Below, one piece after another: positions 1-9,566 of a stretch of DNA of 64,000 nucleotides. Source of the DNA: an uncultured Gammaproteobacteria bacterium. GTDB taxonomy: Bacteria; Patescibacteriota; Microgenomatia; Levybacterales; GWA1-39-11. The notes under the pieces were generated by a model. That model ran no database searches and was not told the origin of the DNA. It saw nothing but the letters and a program-made list of their open reading frames with translations. The stretch's first letter is position 1. The number at the start of each line of letters is the position of its first letter. Location of the stretch: NCBI GenBank assembly GCA_964651815.1, contig CAZYWG010000003.1:52531-116530 (forward strand). Direction: 5' to 3'. The translations under genes were made by a program, and so were the position numbers.

Positions 1-223
1 TCACCTATAGAAAACTTTACAACAAACGCTCAAGCAGATGAAGTCGAATCTTTTTTTAAAAAAAACACAGCGCCCGGAATAGAGCGCACCACGGCCCAGG
101 CACTTGAACAGATAAGATCTAATGCAGCGTGGCTTTCACGTGACTCTAAAAAAATAAGTGAATTCCTCAAAAATTATGCCTGAACTCTAGTAAGTTTGTG
201 CTAATTTTGGTACAATTCAAGGT

Positions 224-778
224 ATGGTTTCAGTAAATGAGTTAAGAAACGGCGCTACATTTGAAGAAGACGGAAACATTTATAAAGTTCTTAATTTTGA
301 ACATATAAAAATGGGCAGGGGGTCTGCAAACATTAAAGTTAAAGTCCAAAATTTGCGGTCAGGCTCTACAACCGAAAAAGGGTATACCAACGGCGCGGTT
401 GTTCAAGACATCAACCTCATCAAGAAAGATTATCAGTTTTTATATAAAGATGTAGAATCTGCTTATTTTATGGACCCTATAAGTTTTGACCAAAAAAACA
501 TTCCTGTCAAAAGTTTGTTTGGGACTGAATATTTAAAAGAGGGTGAGACTGTTTCTCTCCAATTTTATGGGGATGAGGCGCTTGATCTTATTCTTCCGCC
601 AAAAATAACTCTCAAAGTTGCAGATACCGCACCCGGGGTTCGCGGAAATTCAGCATCAAATATGTATAAAGACGCGACTCTTGAAAATGGTGTTACAACG
701 CGCGTCCCACTTTTTATAAATGTTGGGGACAGCATAATTGTAGACACAAGGGACGGAAGCTACACAAAACGCGCTTAA
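224..778 (+). CDS. efp: elongation factor P
   Basis: 184 aa; N-terminus MVSVNELRNGATFEEDGNIYKVLNFEHIKMGRGSANIKVKVQNLRSGS is the classic EF-P KOW/OB pattern and the length fits. Confidence 0.9.
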   Translation: MVSVNELRNGATFEEDGNIYKVLNFEHIKMGRGSANIKVKVQNLRSGSTTEKGYTNGAVVQDINLIKKDYQFLYKDVESAYFMDPISFDQKNIPVKSLFGTEYLKEGETVSLQFYGDEALDLILPPKITLKVADTAPGVRGNSASNMYKDATLENGVTTRVPLFINVGDSIIVDTRDGSYTKRA

Positions 779-790
779 GCATACGCTCGC

Positions 791-2110
791 ATGAAAAAAA
801 TTCTTGGTAAACTTACTTCCAATCATTTCGCGCAGCTATTTGCATATCCTCCTTATTTATATTTTTCTCTTTCTGTTTTTTCTTCTCAAGTTGCGTTTAA
901 CATGTTCAACGTAGTATTGATATTCTTAGTTTTTTACCTAACTTCTTCAAATTTTGCTGTAGCCATTCTTTTATTTGTGATACTTATACCCCAAATTTTA
1001 ATAAGTTTTATTGGTGGTGTAGTTGCCGACTATGCAAATAAAAAAGTAATTTTGGTTTTAGGCAATCTTTTGCGTGCTGGTGTTTTAATCTTATTGTTCC
1101 TTAATTTTAAGTCAATTTATCTGGTTTATTTTGTAACTCTTATTATTTCTATAATAACTCAATTTTACGTACCCGCAGAAGCTCCCTTAATTCCCTCCCT
1201 TGCCCCCCGTGATAAATTAGTTGCTGCCAACTCAATATTTGGTGTGAGCCTTTTCGGGTCCATTTTAATAGGATATGTAATTGCAGGACCTGCTATAGGG
1301 ATTTTGGGGCGTGCTAATATTTTTCTACTTCTTGCTGGTTTATTTTTGGTTGCTACTTTTTTTGCTGCAATCATTCCTCAAGAAAAAATTGCAGAAAACA
1401 TAGAGAAAATTGACCCTCAGCGTATAAGAAAATCACTAAAAACCGAATTTAGTGAAAGCTACCATTTACTTAAAAAAACAAAAGAAGTATCTGATTCATT
1501 TTTTCTTTTGATTTTTTCTCAAGTTGTAGTATTTATTTTGGCGACTCTTATTCCAGGATACGCAAAGAGTATACTTCAAGTCCCGGCGGAAGATTTGTCA
1601 ATTATTTTATTTGCCCCCGCCGCACTTGGAATGGTGATTGCAGCAATTCTGATTGGAAGCATTTTTCTTAAAACTTCCAAAAAAAAGTTGACTAGTACAG
1701 GCGTTTTTATATCCGGTTTAGCTCTAATTCTACTTCCTTTCACGTCACGAATATTGTCAGGTAGCATTGCACATTTATTAAATCTTGTACTACCCAAGGC
1801 AATTGAATTAAACGCATTTAATTTTGTTATCTTAATAGCTTTTTTGGCGGGTGCAGCAAACGCATTAATTTTTGTTCCGAGCCAAGCAACAATTCAAGAA
1901 GTGGTTCCTGAGAATTTTAGGTCAAAAATTTACGGTTTACTTTTTGCACTCATTGGAGTTTTTTCGCTTATTCCAATAATGATTGCCGGTGGGGTAGCGG
2001 ATATTATCGGAGTTGGCGCCGTGTTGTTTTTTATTGGTGTTTTGATCGTTCTTGTAGGATTGGCCAGAGAAAACGTTATAAAAAATTTAATGTTTGTAAT
2101 TAAAAAATGA
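791..2110 (+). CDS. MFS-type transporter (12-TM membrane protein)
   Basis: 439 aa, highly hydrophobic with many predicted TM segments and a central charged loop; major facilitator superfamily-like architecture. Confidence 0.6.
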   Translation: MKKILGKLTSNHFAQLFAYPPYLYFSLSVFSSQVAFNMFNVVLIFLVFYLTSSNFAVAILLFVILIPQILISFIGGVVADYANKKVILVLGNLLRAGVLILLFLNFKSIYLVYFVTLIISIITQFYVPAEAPLIPSLAPRDKLVAANSIFGVSLFGSILIGYVIAGPAIGILGRANIFLLLAGLFLVATFFAAIIPQEKIAENIEKIDPQRIRKSLKTEFSESYHLLKKTKEVSDSFFLLIFSQVVVFILATLIPGYAKSILQVPAEDLSIILFAPAALGMVIAAILIGSIFLKTSKKKLTSTGVFISGLALILLPFTSRILSGSIAHLLNLVLPKAIELNAFNFVILIAFLAGAANALIFVPSQATIQEVVPENFRSKIYGLLFALIGVFSLIPIMIAGGVADIIGVGAVLFFIGVLIVLVGLARENVIKNLMFVIKK

Positions 2111-2763
2111 TAATAGAATTTGTTTTGTTAATACCCGTGCTTTTTTTATGTTTTTTTCTTTTATTTATTTTTTCAAAACACGATTTTGTATTGCTTCGCC
2201 AAAACATATCTTTATCAGAAGTGTTTGATCTTGCAGTAATATCTCTTTTAATAGCGCTTATCACAGGCCGAGTTTTTTATATAATTAACAATTTTAATTT
2301 TCAACTTTTTTACATTCTTTCTTTTTTCCATCTCTTCAAATTTCCGGGGGTTTCGTACATTGGTTTTTTTACTGGTGGAGCAGTGGGAATATATTTATTG
2401 TTTCGCAAAAAAAAAGGTCTAACTCGTATTTTTGACATATTCTCACTTTCTTTTTTCCCTCTTTTTGTGTTTTTCTTATCTACCCAGCTTTTTTTATTAC
2501 ATATATGGTATATCTTGTTAATCGCGATTTTTCTATTATTTTTGTTATTAACTTTTTTTATGAAGTCACATAGAAAATACATCTTGAAAGACGGAGGAAT
2601 TTCACTTATTTTTTTCATTCTAATATGTCTTACTACTTTTATGCTTCAATTCGTTCTAAAAACAGGGCATGTTATGCTTCTAAATTTTTCCTTCGTACAA
2701 CTCATTAGTATTCCACTCATACTATTTTCATGTGGCGCTTTATACTCAAATCAAAAAAAATAA
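2107..2763 (+). CDS. integral membrane protein (weak Lgt-like GR..Y...N motif)
   Basis: 218 aa polytopic membrane protein; start overlaps the upstream stop (ATGA); motif LITGRVFYIINNFNF resembles the Lgt signature but the protein is short. Confidence 0.35.
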   Translation: MIIEFVLLIPVLFLCFFLLFIFSKHDFVLLRQNISLSEVFDLAVISLLIALITGRVFYIINNFNFQLFYILSFFHLFKFPGVSYIGFFTGGAVGIYLLFRKKKGLTRIFDIFSLSFFPLFVFFLSTQLFLLHIWYILLIAIFLLFLLLTFFMKSHRKYILKDGGISLIFFILICLTTFMLQFVLKTGHVMLLNFSFVQLISIPLILFSCGALYSNQKK

Positions 2764-2769
2764 AAATTA

Positions 2770-3507
2770 ATGCAAACACCTCAAATTCTTTTTGAAGACC
2801 AAGATTTACTCTTAATAGACAAGCCGGCCGGAATGATTGTAAATAAAGCCGATACAACACGAAACATGCTTACTGTACAAGAGTGGGCAGAGAAATTTTT
2901 AAACATCAAAATAGGAAAGATAATAAATGAAATGTCTGAATTTGAGAAAAGAGGTGGAGTAGTGCATAGATTAGATAAGGAAACATCCGGCGTTTTAGTT
3001 TTAGCAAAAAATGAGAGCGCATTTGTTAATCTTCAAGCACAATTCAAAGGAAGGAATGTTAAAAAAACGTATATAGCACTTTGTCATGGGAAAATTGTTC
3101 CGGAAGAGGGTCAGATAAATGTCCCCATAGGTAGGCTTCCGTGGAATAGGACAAGATTTGGATTTTTAACAGAGGGGAGAGAAGCAAGTACTCACTACAA
3201 AGTTGTAAGCGTAAAAAAGCTGGAATTAGACAAGAAAAGCGAGTTGTTAAGCCTTGTTGAAGTTTACCCGCAAACAGGAAGAACACACCAAATAAGGGTC
3301 CATATGAGGTATATTGGCCATCCTATCTTTGCCGATGAACTTTACGCTGGACGCAAAAATGCAAAGCGTGACAGGAAGCTTCTTCCTCGCCATTTCCTAC
3401 ATGCAATAAAAATCACATTCACACACCCGTCAAGTGGAGAAGTTTTGACATTTGAATCTCTTCTTCCTCCTGATCTTTCGGATTTTCTCGCAACCCTTCT
3501 AGACTAA
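2770..3507 (+). CDS. RluA-family 23S rRNA/tRNA pseudouridine synthase
   Basis: 245 aa; catalytic motif HRLDKETSGVLVLAKN (conserved Asp of the RluA/RluD family) and C-terminal HQIRVH motif. Confidence 0.85.
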   Translation: MQTPQILFEDQDLLLIDKPAGMIVNKADTTRNMLTVQEWAEKFLNIKIGKIINEMSEFEKRGGVVHRLDKETSGVLVLAKNESAFVNLQAQFKGRNVKKTYIALCHGKIVPEEGQINVPIGRLPWNRTRFGFLTEGREASTHYKVVSVKKLELDKKSELLSLVEVYPQTGRTHQIRVHMRYIGHPIFADELYAGRKNAKRDRKLLPRHFLHAIKITFTHPSSGEVLTFESLLPPDLSDFLATLLD

Positions 3508-3552
3508 TAAAATTTCTTGCTTTTGCCAACGCTTATAGGCTAAACTCTATAT

Positions 3553-5259
3553 ATGCCTAATGCTTTTCTATCAGAGATAATTCTTATCATTACGGCTGCC
3601 TTTTTAGGAGGATTTGTTGCGAGGACTATTAAGCTTCCACCTGTTGTTGGTTACATTGTTTCCGGGGTCATATTTGGGATTGTTGGCCACAATTTTTTTG
3701 CGTCGTATGACACTTTAGTTACTCTTTCACAATTTGGTGTTTCTCTTCTTTTATTCACTTTAGGTTTTGAAATAAACATTGAAGATATTAAAAAAATCAA
3801 TAAGAAAATAATCTTAGTTGGAGTTCTTCAGGTTTTACTCACTTCAATTGCCATATTCCCGCTTCTGTATTTATTTGGAATCGAGTTAAAAACTTCAATA
3901 CTTTTTTCTGTATTATTTTCTTTTTCTTCAACTGCTGTAATAGTTAAGATTCTTGAAGAGCGTGGTATGTTAAATGATTTTCCTGGGAATAATGTATTCA
4001 TATTCCTTTTAATTCAAGATTTATTTATTGTCCCAATAATTTTTTTACTACCAATTTTATTTTCAAAAACACCTCTTAGTTTACCCCTCGTCATAAATTT
4101 TCTAGTAGCTGCTATAAAACCGCTTTTAATATTTGTAGCAATATTTATAGCCGCCCGTTTTTTTCTCTCTCGCACAATAAATTTCCTTTTTCGATATCCA
4201 TCCCATGAACTTTCTATCCTTGCATCAATATTTACGGCAAGCGTTTCAATAATGCTTTTATCCTCTGTTGGATTACCAGGCTCAATAGCAGCTTTTCTTG
4301 CCGGCGTTTTAATTTCTGATCAGGGAAAAAATCTAACACCGCTTACAGAAATCAGGCCGTTTAGAGATCTTTTTCTGGTTCTGTTCTTTGTAGTTACAGG
4401 AATGCTTTTAAACTTTAATTTTTTCATAAACAATATAGTTTTGATTTTAGTCATATCCGGTTTAGTTATAATGATTAAATTCTTTATAGTATACGTTCTG
4501 CTTAGATTTTCGAAATATTCTCCTTCGTCTTCAGTATTTGTTTCGTCTTATCTTTCAAATGTTGGGGAGTTTGCTGTAGTTCTCACACAAATTGCGTATA
4601 TAGCATTTTTTATCTCACAAAAAGATTACAACCTTGCGCTTTCCGTATTTATTCTGAGTCTAATCCTCATTCCGGTTTTGACTACACACGCAAGGACTCT
4701 TACTGAAAAACTTGCAAGAATTGGATTGCTGGGTAAGTTATTGGAAGAAAAAAAAGAATCCGATAAAATGCCACTTCAAGCTCTGAAATTTGAAAAACAT
4801 GTCGTTATTTGTGGACACGGTAGAGTAGGCCGCGAAACTCGTAGCATGCTCGAGTTAGCAGGTATTCCTTATGTGGTAATTGATTTTAATAGAAAAGTAA
4901 TAAATGAGCTTCTTACTGCTTCAAAATATGCAATTTATGGAGATCCAACAGATCAAGAAATTTTAAAAGCGGCTTTTATTGAGTCTGCACGGGCACTAGT
5001 TATTGCAGTTCCAGACACGTTCTCGCAAAAAAGAATAATAGATTTCGCCTTGAAATTAAACCCCAAGATTAGCATTTTATGCCGTTCCCATATTGAGGCA
5101 GACCGTTACGACTTAATAAATATGGGAGTAAATGCAATAATTATGCCCGAGTTAGAAGCAGGTTTAAGAATAGGGGCTGAGGTTTTAGACATTTTTGACA
5201 TAGAGGAGAATGACATAAGTTCATACACTAAACGTCTGAGACGGCAACACCTCATTTAA
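3553..5259 (+). CDS. CPA2 monovalent cation:proton antiporter with C-terminal RCK/TrkA-N domain (Kef-like)
   Basis: 568 aa; about 12 TM N-terminal region followed by a Rossmann-like VVICGHGRVGRETRSMLELAGIPYVVID segment (GxGxxG TrkA-N). Confidence 0.8.
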   Translation: MPNAFLSEIILIITAAFLGGFVARTIKLPPVVGYIVSGVIFGIVGHNFFASYDTLVTLSQFGVSLLLFTLGFEINIEDIKKINKKIILVGVLQVLLTSIAIFPLLYLFGIELKTSILFSVLFSFSSTAVIVKILEERGMLNDFPGNNVFIFLLIQDLFIVPIIFLLPILFSKTPLSLPLVINFLVAAIKPLLIFVAIFIAARFFLSRTINFLFRYPSHELSILASIFTASVSIMLLSSVGLPGSIAAFLAGVLISDQGKNLTPLTEIRPFRDLFLVLFFVVTGMLLNFNFFINNIVLILVISGLVIMIKFFIVYVLLRFSKYSPSSSVFVSSYLSNVGEFAVVLTQIAYIAFFISQKDYNLALSVFILSLILIPVLTTHARTLTEKLARIGLLGKLLEEKKESDKMPLQALKFEKHVVICGHGRVGRETRSMLELAGIPYVVIDFNRKVINELLTASKYAIYGDPTDQEILKAAFIESARALVIAVPDTFSQKRIIDFALKLNPKISILCRSHIEADRYDLINMGVNAIIMPELEAGLRIGAEVLDIFDIEENDISSYTKRLRRQHLI

Positions 5260-5268
5260 AGTTAAAAA

Positions 5269-6093
5269 ATGGAACGTCCAGAGCAAACACTCAACTATAT
5301 AAAATTTTTTTTATTAGTTATTTTTTTTGCAGCAATGGTTTCGATAGCCTATAAAATAACTATGTCTTTTAAAAACAGCACTTTTAAATATGGATCGTTT
5401 AATTTATTAGTTCTTACTCATGACGCTTATCTCGTGCATATTGATGAGCTTCAAAAAAAAATGTCGGTGTTTAAAATCAATAATGGGGTAGGGTATTTAA
5501 TAAACAAGAGTCGTCTTTATGAAACTCTAAAAATCGGTATCCCAGTAGACGGCCAAGTATTTGTCAAAAATAATTCAACTTTCAGTGTTGAAAGAAATTT
5601 TTTGAACGAGCAAGAATTATTGTCATTACTTCTAATGCCCGCAAATTACAAAAATGATCATTTGGATAACGTAGATATTCTAAAAATCTACCTGTTAACA
5701 AAGCAAATTTCTCCCGCCGATAGAAATGTTAATATAGTGCCTAATCTTACAGATAGACCCGTAATACAACAGAACACTACTTCAAACATTTCCGATCCTC
5801 AAATATTCAACGATAACCAGAGTGTGCAAATAATTAACGCAACGGGTGCTGATGGGGTAGGTGGGGCGTTGGCAACGGCCCTTAAAAATCTTGGATACAA
5901 TGTTGTTTCTGTTGGCACAGGGGATAGCAAAAAATCAGCCATTTTGTCAGATAACCCAACGTCTGAGTCAGTCGTGCGTTTAAAAGATTATTTAGATTTT
6001 CCAATTTTTTTAAAATCCTCAAATTCAGTTGCCGATATAACAATAGTTTTGGGTAGTGATCTTGAAAAACAGTTGGAAGATTTTAATCAGTAA
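5269..6093 (+). CDS. LytR_C (LytR/CpsA/Psr C-terminal) domain membrane-anchored protein
   Basis: 274 aa; N-terminal TM; C-terminal QIINATGADGVGGALATALKNLGYNVVSVGTGD...ITIVLGSDL matches the LytR_C fold pattern. Confidence 0.5.
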   Translation: MERPEQTLNYIKFFLLVIFFAAMVSIAYKITMSFKNSTFKYGSFNLLVLTHDAYLVHIDELQKKMSVFKINNGVGYLINKSRLYETLKIGIPVDGQVFVKNNSTFSVERNFLNEQELLSLLLMPANYKNDHLDNVDILKIYLLTKQISPADRNVNIVPNLTDRPVIQQNTTSNISDPQIFNDNQSVQIINATGADGVGGALATALKNLGYNVVSVGTGDSKKSAILSDNPTSESVVRLKDYLDFPIFLKSSNSVADITIVLGSDLEKQLEDFNQ

Positions 6094-6270
6094 TTATAAA
6101 CTCGGATTTTTGTGTTAAGATAAATCATGATTTGGTTTTACGTTGTGGGAATATTCATTATATCTTTTCTTTGGGCGCTCGTTTCAACAAGGAGAGAATT
6201 TACGCACCCAAAAGCAATAAAGACAGCCAAGAAATTGTTGGCACGGGAGAAAATACTCTTCAAAAAATAA

Positions 6271-6930
6271 TTACTTCTCGCCTGTTGCAGAACCCATTGT
6301 GGGGGATTGTACAAATGATTGTTGGTTTTTAAATTTCGCCATTTTCTTGGTCTCCTTAACAAAAACTGTAACAGAGTTATCTCCGACTGCTTTAATGCAA
6401 GCTGAATATTCGTTACCACCATTAATAAATGTTATCATTCGCATACCAATATTATCAGGGAGAACACCAATATATGTTTTATCATTCATTTGTACAAACA
6501 CTTTAGATCTTTTCACTGAAAGCATCATATTATCTCCGGGTTGAATAATTGAAAGAGTTTTACGGTCGGCAACATTTTTTAGTTCAATTGTTTTTGTTTT
6601 GCCGGCTTCTTCTATGAATACGTCTTGCAGGTTCATATTTTGGGTAGAGGAGGGTATGTTTATTCCTTTTTTTGAGATATTTTCAAGCCTTTTACTGTTT
6701 TTTAAAGCGATAGGATTAGTTTTGTCGAGTTTTATTACTTGTTGATAAAATTCGCGAGCTTTTCTAAACTTTCCGAGCTTAATCAAGGCATATGCGATTC
6801 TATTCAAAGAGTCAATGTCTTCTGGGTTTTCCAGTAGAAGTCGCCTGTTTTCTTCATATGCTTCTTTCCATTTGTTTTCGAGCGCGAGCTTTACGGCCAA
6901 GTCTTTTGATGGGGGAGTGAGGTTGATCAT
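6271..6930 (-). CDS. TPR-repeat protein
   Basis: 219 aa; N-terminal half has tetratricopeptide-like repeats (WKEAYEENRRLLLENPEDIDSLNRIAYALIKLGKFRKAREFYQQVIKLD). Confidence 0.55.
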   Translation of the reverse strand: MINLTPPSKDLAVKLALENKWKEAYEENRRLLLENPEDIDSLNRIAYALIKLGKFRKAREFYQQVIKLDKTNPIALKNSKRLENISKKGINIPSSTQNMNLQDVFIEEAGKTKTIELKNVADRKTLSIIQPGDNMMLSVKRSKVFVQMNDKTYIGVLPDNIGMRMITFINGGNEYSACIKAVGDNSVTVFVKETKKMAKFKNQQSFVQSPTMGSATGEK

Positions 6931-7007
6931 TTTTAATTGAGCCTTGAGCCATCATGATATCCAAATTTATTGAAAATGTCAATACAGATTCGGTATAATA
7001 TAGCGTT

Positions 7008-7736
7008 ATGTCAGGACATAGTAAATGGGCGACGATAAAAAGGCAAAAAGGAGCAAATGATGCAAAACGCGGCCAGCTATTCACCAAACTTTCAAATGCC
7101 ATAACTATAGCCGTGCGTCAGGGTGGCGGGACTGCGGATCCGGAATTCAATTTTAAACTGAGACTTGCTATTGATCGCGCGCGAGCTTCAAATGTTCCAA
7201 AAGACAATATTGACCGGGCAATTCGTAAAGCGTCTGGAGAAGGTAGTGTGGATGTTGCTGAACTTCTTTATGAAGGTTTTGCTCCCGGAGGCGTTGCTGT
7301 AATTATTGAAACTGTAACCGACAACAAGCAGCGTACTTTTTCTACTGTAAAAAATGTTTTTGAGAAAAACGGTGGTTCATTAGGTTCTCAAGGGGCTGTC
7401 GCATATATGTTTGTAAGGAGAGGTGAAATAGTTGCCGAGAAAAATGGGATAAGTTCTGATGAGTTACTTGCAAAGGGTATTGAAGCAAATGTCACCGACA
7501 TGGAAGAGGAGGGTAATTCTGTTTATTACTTTGCGGATCCGCAAGATCTTCAAATTACAAAAAAAGGTCTTGAGGAGCAGGGGCTTAAAATTGAAAGTAC
7601 CAGATTAATATATGCACCTCTAAATTACGTAACTGCTGATAAGTCTGTACAAGATAAAATTATAAATCTTGTCGAAAAATTAGAAGAACTTGACGATGTA
7701 CAAGAAGTTTATACAAACTTGACGCTCGATTCTTAA
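7008..7736 (+). CDS. yebC: YebC/PmpR family DNA-binding transcriptional regulator
   Basis: 242 aa; N-terminus MSGHSKWATIKRQKGANDAKRGQLFTKL is the hallmark of the YebC/TACO1 family. Confidence 0.9.
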   Translation: MSGHSKWATIKRQKGANDAKRGQLFTKLSNAITIAVRQGGGTADPEFNFKLRLAIDRARASNVPKDNIDRAIRKASGEGSVDVAELLYEGFAPGGVAVIIETVTDNKQRTFSTVKNVFEKNGGSLGSQGAVAYMFVRRGEIVAEKNGISSDELLAKGIEANVTDMEEEGNSVYYFADPQDLQITKKGLEEQGLKIESTRLIYAPLNYVTADKSVQDKIINLVEKLEELDDVQEVYTNLTLDS

Positions 7737-8533
7737 TGAAAAAAATTTTCAAACTTTTCTCTCTCTCCAAAAGACAGAAATTTGTTACTGCTGTATTGAT
7801 TTTATCTTTTGGAATCTTTGTCTCTGAATTTTCAACGGGGTTGTATCTCGTTGCTTATGCAGTAGTACTGAGCCTGCTTACTATAGTTTTTCTTTATTTT
7901 GCGCTGCGTGAAGATATTTCCGATACTTTTTTTTATCCTATATTCATACTTCCTTCATTGTTTACTTTATCTTTCATTTTGTTTTATCCGCTTGTACCTG
8001 CACGTTTCCTAACAAGGATTTTTATAACTTCAGTTTACGCGTTTGGCTTATATTCATTATTTTTGACACAAAACATATTCGCCGTTTCAGCAATCAGGAC
8101 GATTAACTTAATGCGCTCAGCTAGAATTGTTTCGTTTGTGTTAACAATTATTGTTCTATTTTTGCTTTCTAATGTAGTTTTTTCAATAAGACTGCCTTTC
8201 TATGTCTCGTTTTTAATTGTATTTTTGGTAACTTTCTTTTTGAGTTTCCAATCTTTGTGGTCTTACAATACAAGTAAAGTAGCAGCATCACATATCTCAG
8301 GACTTTCGCTCCTTATATCTCTTGCCTTGGCAGAACTTTCACTTGCGCTTGCCATGTGGCCAATTAATGCGTCAATATATGCAATATTTATCACAGGAAT
8401 TTTCTATTCATACTCAGGACTTTGCCACGCGTGGGCAGAGAAGAGGCTATTTAAAGGAGTCCTTTGGGAGTACCTTTGGGTTGGCTTCTTAGCCATTTTA
8501 ATACTCATTTTCTTTTCTCGCTGGGGAATTTAA
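7736..8533 (+). CDS. polytopic membrane protein of unknown function
   Basis: 265 aa, very hydrophobic; start overlaps the yebC stop (TAATGA). Confidence 0.45.
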   Translation: MKKIFKLFSLSKRQKFVTAVLILSFGIFVSEFSTGLYLVAYAVVLSLLTIVFLYFALREDISDTFFYPIFILPSLFTLSFILFYPLVPARFLTRIFITSVYAFGLYSLFLTQNIFAVSAIRTINLMRSARIVSFVLTIIVLFLLSNVVFSIRLPFYVSFLIVFLVTFFLSFQSLWSYNTSKVAASHISGLSLLISLALAELSLALAMWPINASIYAIFITGIFYSYSGLCHAWAEKRLFKGVLWEYLWVGFLAILILIFFSRWGI

Positions 8534-9566
8534 GATTATTTATAACTTATAATTTATTGTTTATTATTTAAAGAACTTTAACAAGGGGCAGGGGAGTGAG
8601 GCGAAAATTTCAGTTTAGCAAGAAATATCAATCTAAATTGATGATAAGGTTTGATATAGTTAGTATCCTATAATAATTATTTTTGTGGATAAGTTTTGTT
8701 TTGTCCAACTTTAAGAAGCGAAGTTATTAGCGTTTCACAGGCCTCAATTTAGCCTCGATATTCTTCACTCAAATTGACGTGACTTTTCACGCTTCTCATG
8801 CTCCTTGGAGCTCTCTGCCCGAGTAGTTGAATAAAACCTCGTGCGTAAATCGTGCGTAATTAGCCTCAAAAAGTAGGACAAATGAAAAAAATACGAAACC
8901 CTCTTGGCTTATTAAGCCTCTACTGAAGAATAATAATCCTAAATTTACTTAATTTTAGCCTCAAAAATGCATATTTAGATTGATATTTCAACCTAAATTA
9001 ACATATTCTTACAATTACCGGTCGAGCAAAGGCAGTGCCAAAGGACTTCCTTTAAGGCTTATCTCCAGAGGATGGGCTTATGACGACTAACAATTAGATT
9101 TAGCAATATTAATTATGTAATTTAAAAAAAATTGAAGAGCTTATCTACTTATTGGGATACTTCTATTCTCGGTGTGTTTGGGGTTTTTATTTGTGGGGCA
9201 AAAAACAGGTGCAAATAAGAGGCAGGGAATGGGTATGACTTATGTCGTACAATAATACTTTTACGACATGGACGAGTGACTTGAGAGTGTGCCTGGCTAG
9301 CCTTAAATACTCTTAATATATCTAATTTATTGTTATAATTATTACATTCTCTTATTCTATAAAACACTTGGTTTTCCCTACTGACTACCTTTAAGCTTTT
9401 TATTTGCACTACCCTACTATAGGACTATATAAATTTTTAAATTTGAAATTTTTAATTTTTTAAAAAGGTTGCACAAATTCGTACACATCGTTTAAAACAA
9501 AGAAGAGATGACTAAGTGATGGTTCTTTATATCCAAGTGGCTTAGAATCTCATCCTGAGAGGTCTT

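Noticed and set aside
9149-9409. 86-aa ORF in the ORF-free intergenic region
   Set aside because: Low-complexity, no motif, no plausible start context; more likely non-coding. The region is reported as a finding instead.
8534-9566. tmRNA, RNase P RNA, SRP RNA or tRNA in the long intergenic region
   Set aside because: No T-arm GGTTCGA-type motif, no RNase P P4 (AGGAAAGTCCGGGC-like) and no SRP domain IV motif were seen by eye. This cannot be excluded without a covariance-model search.
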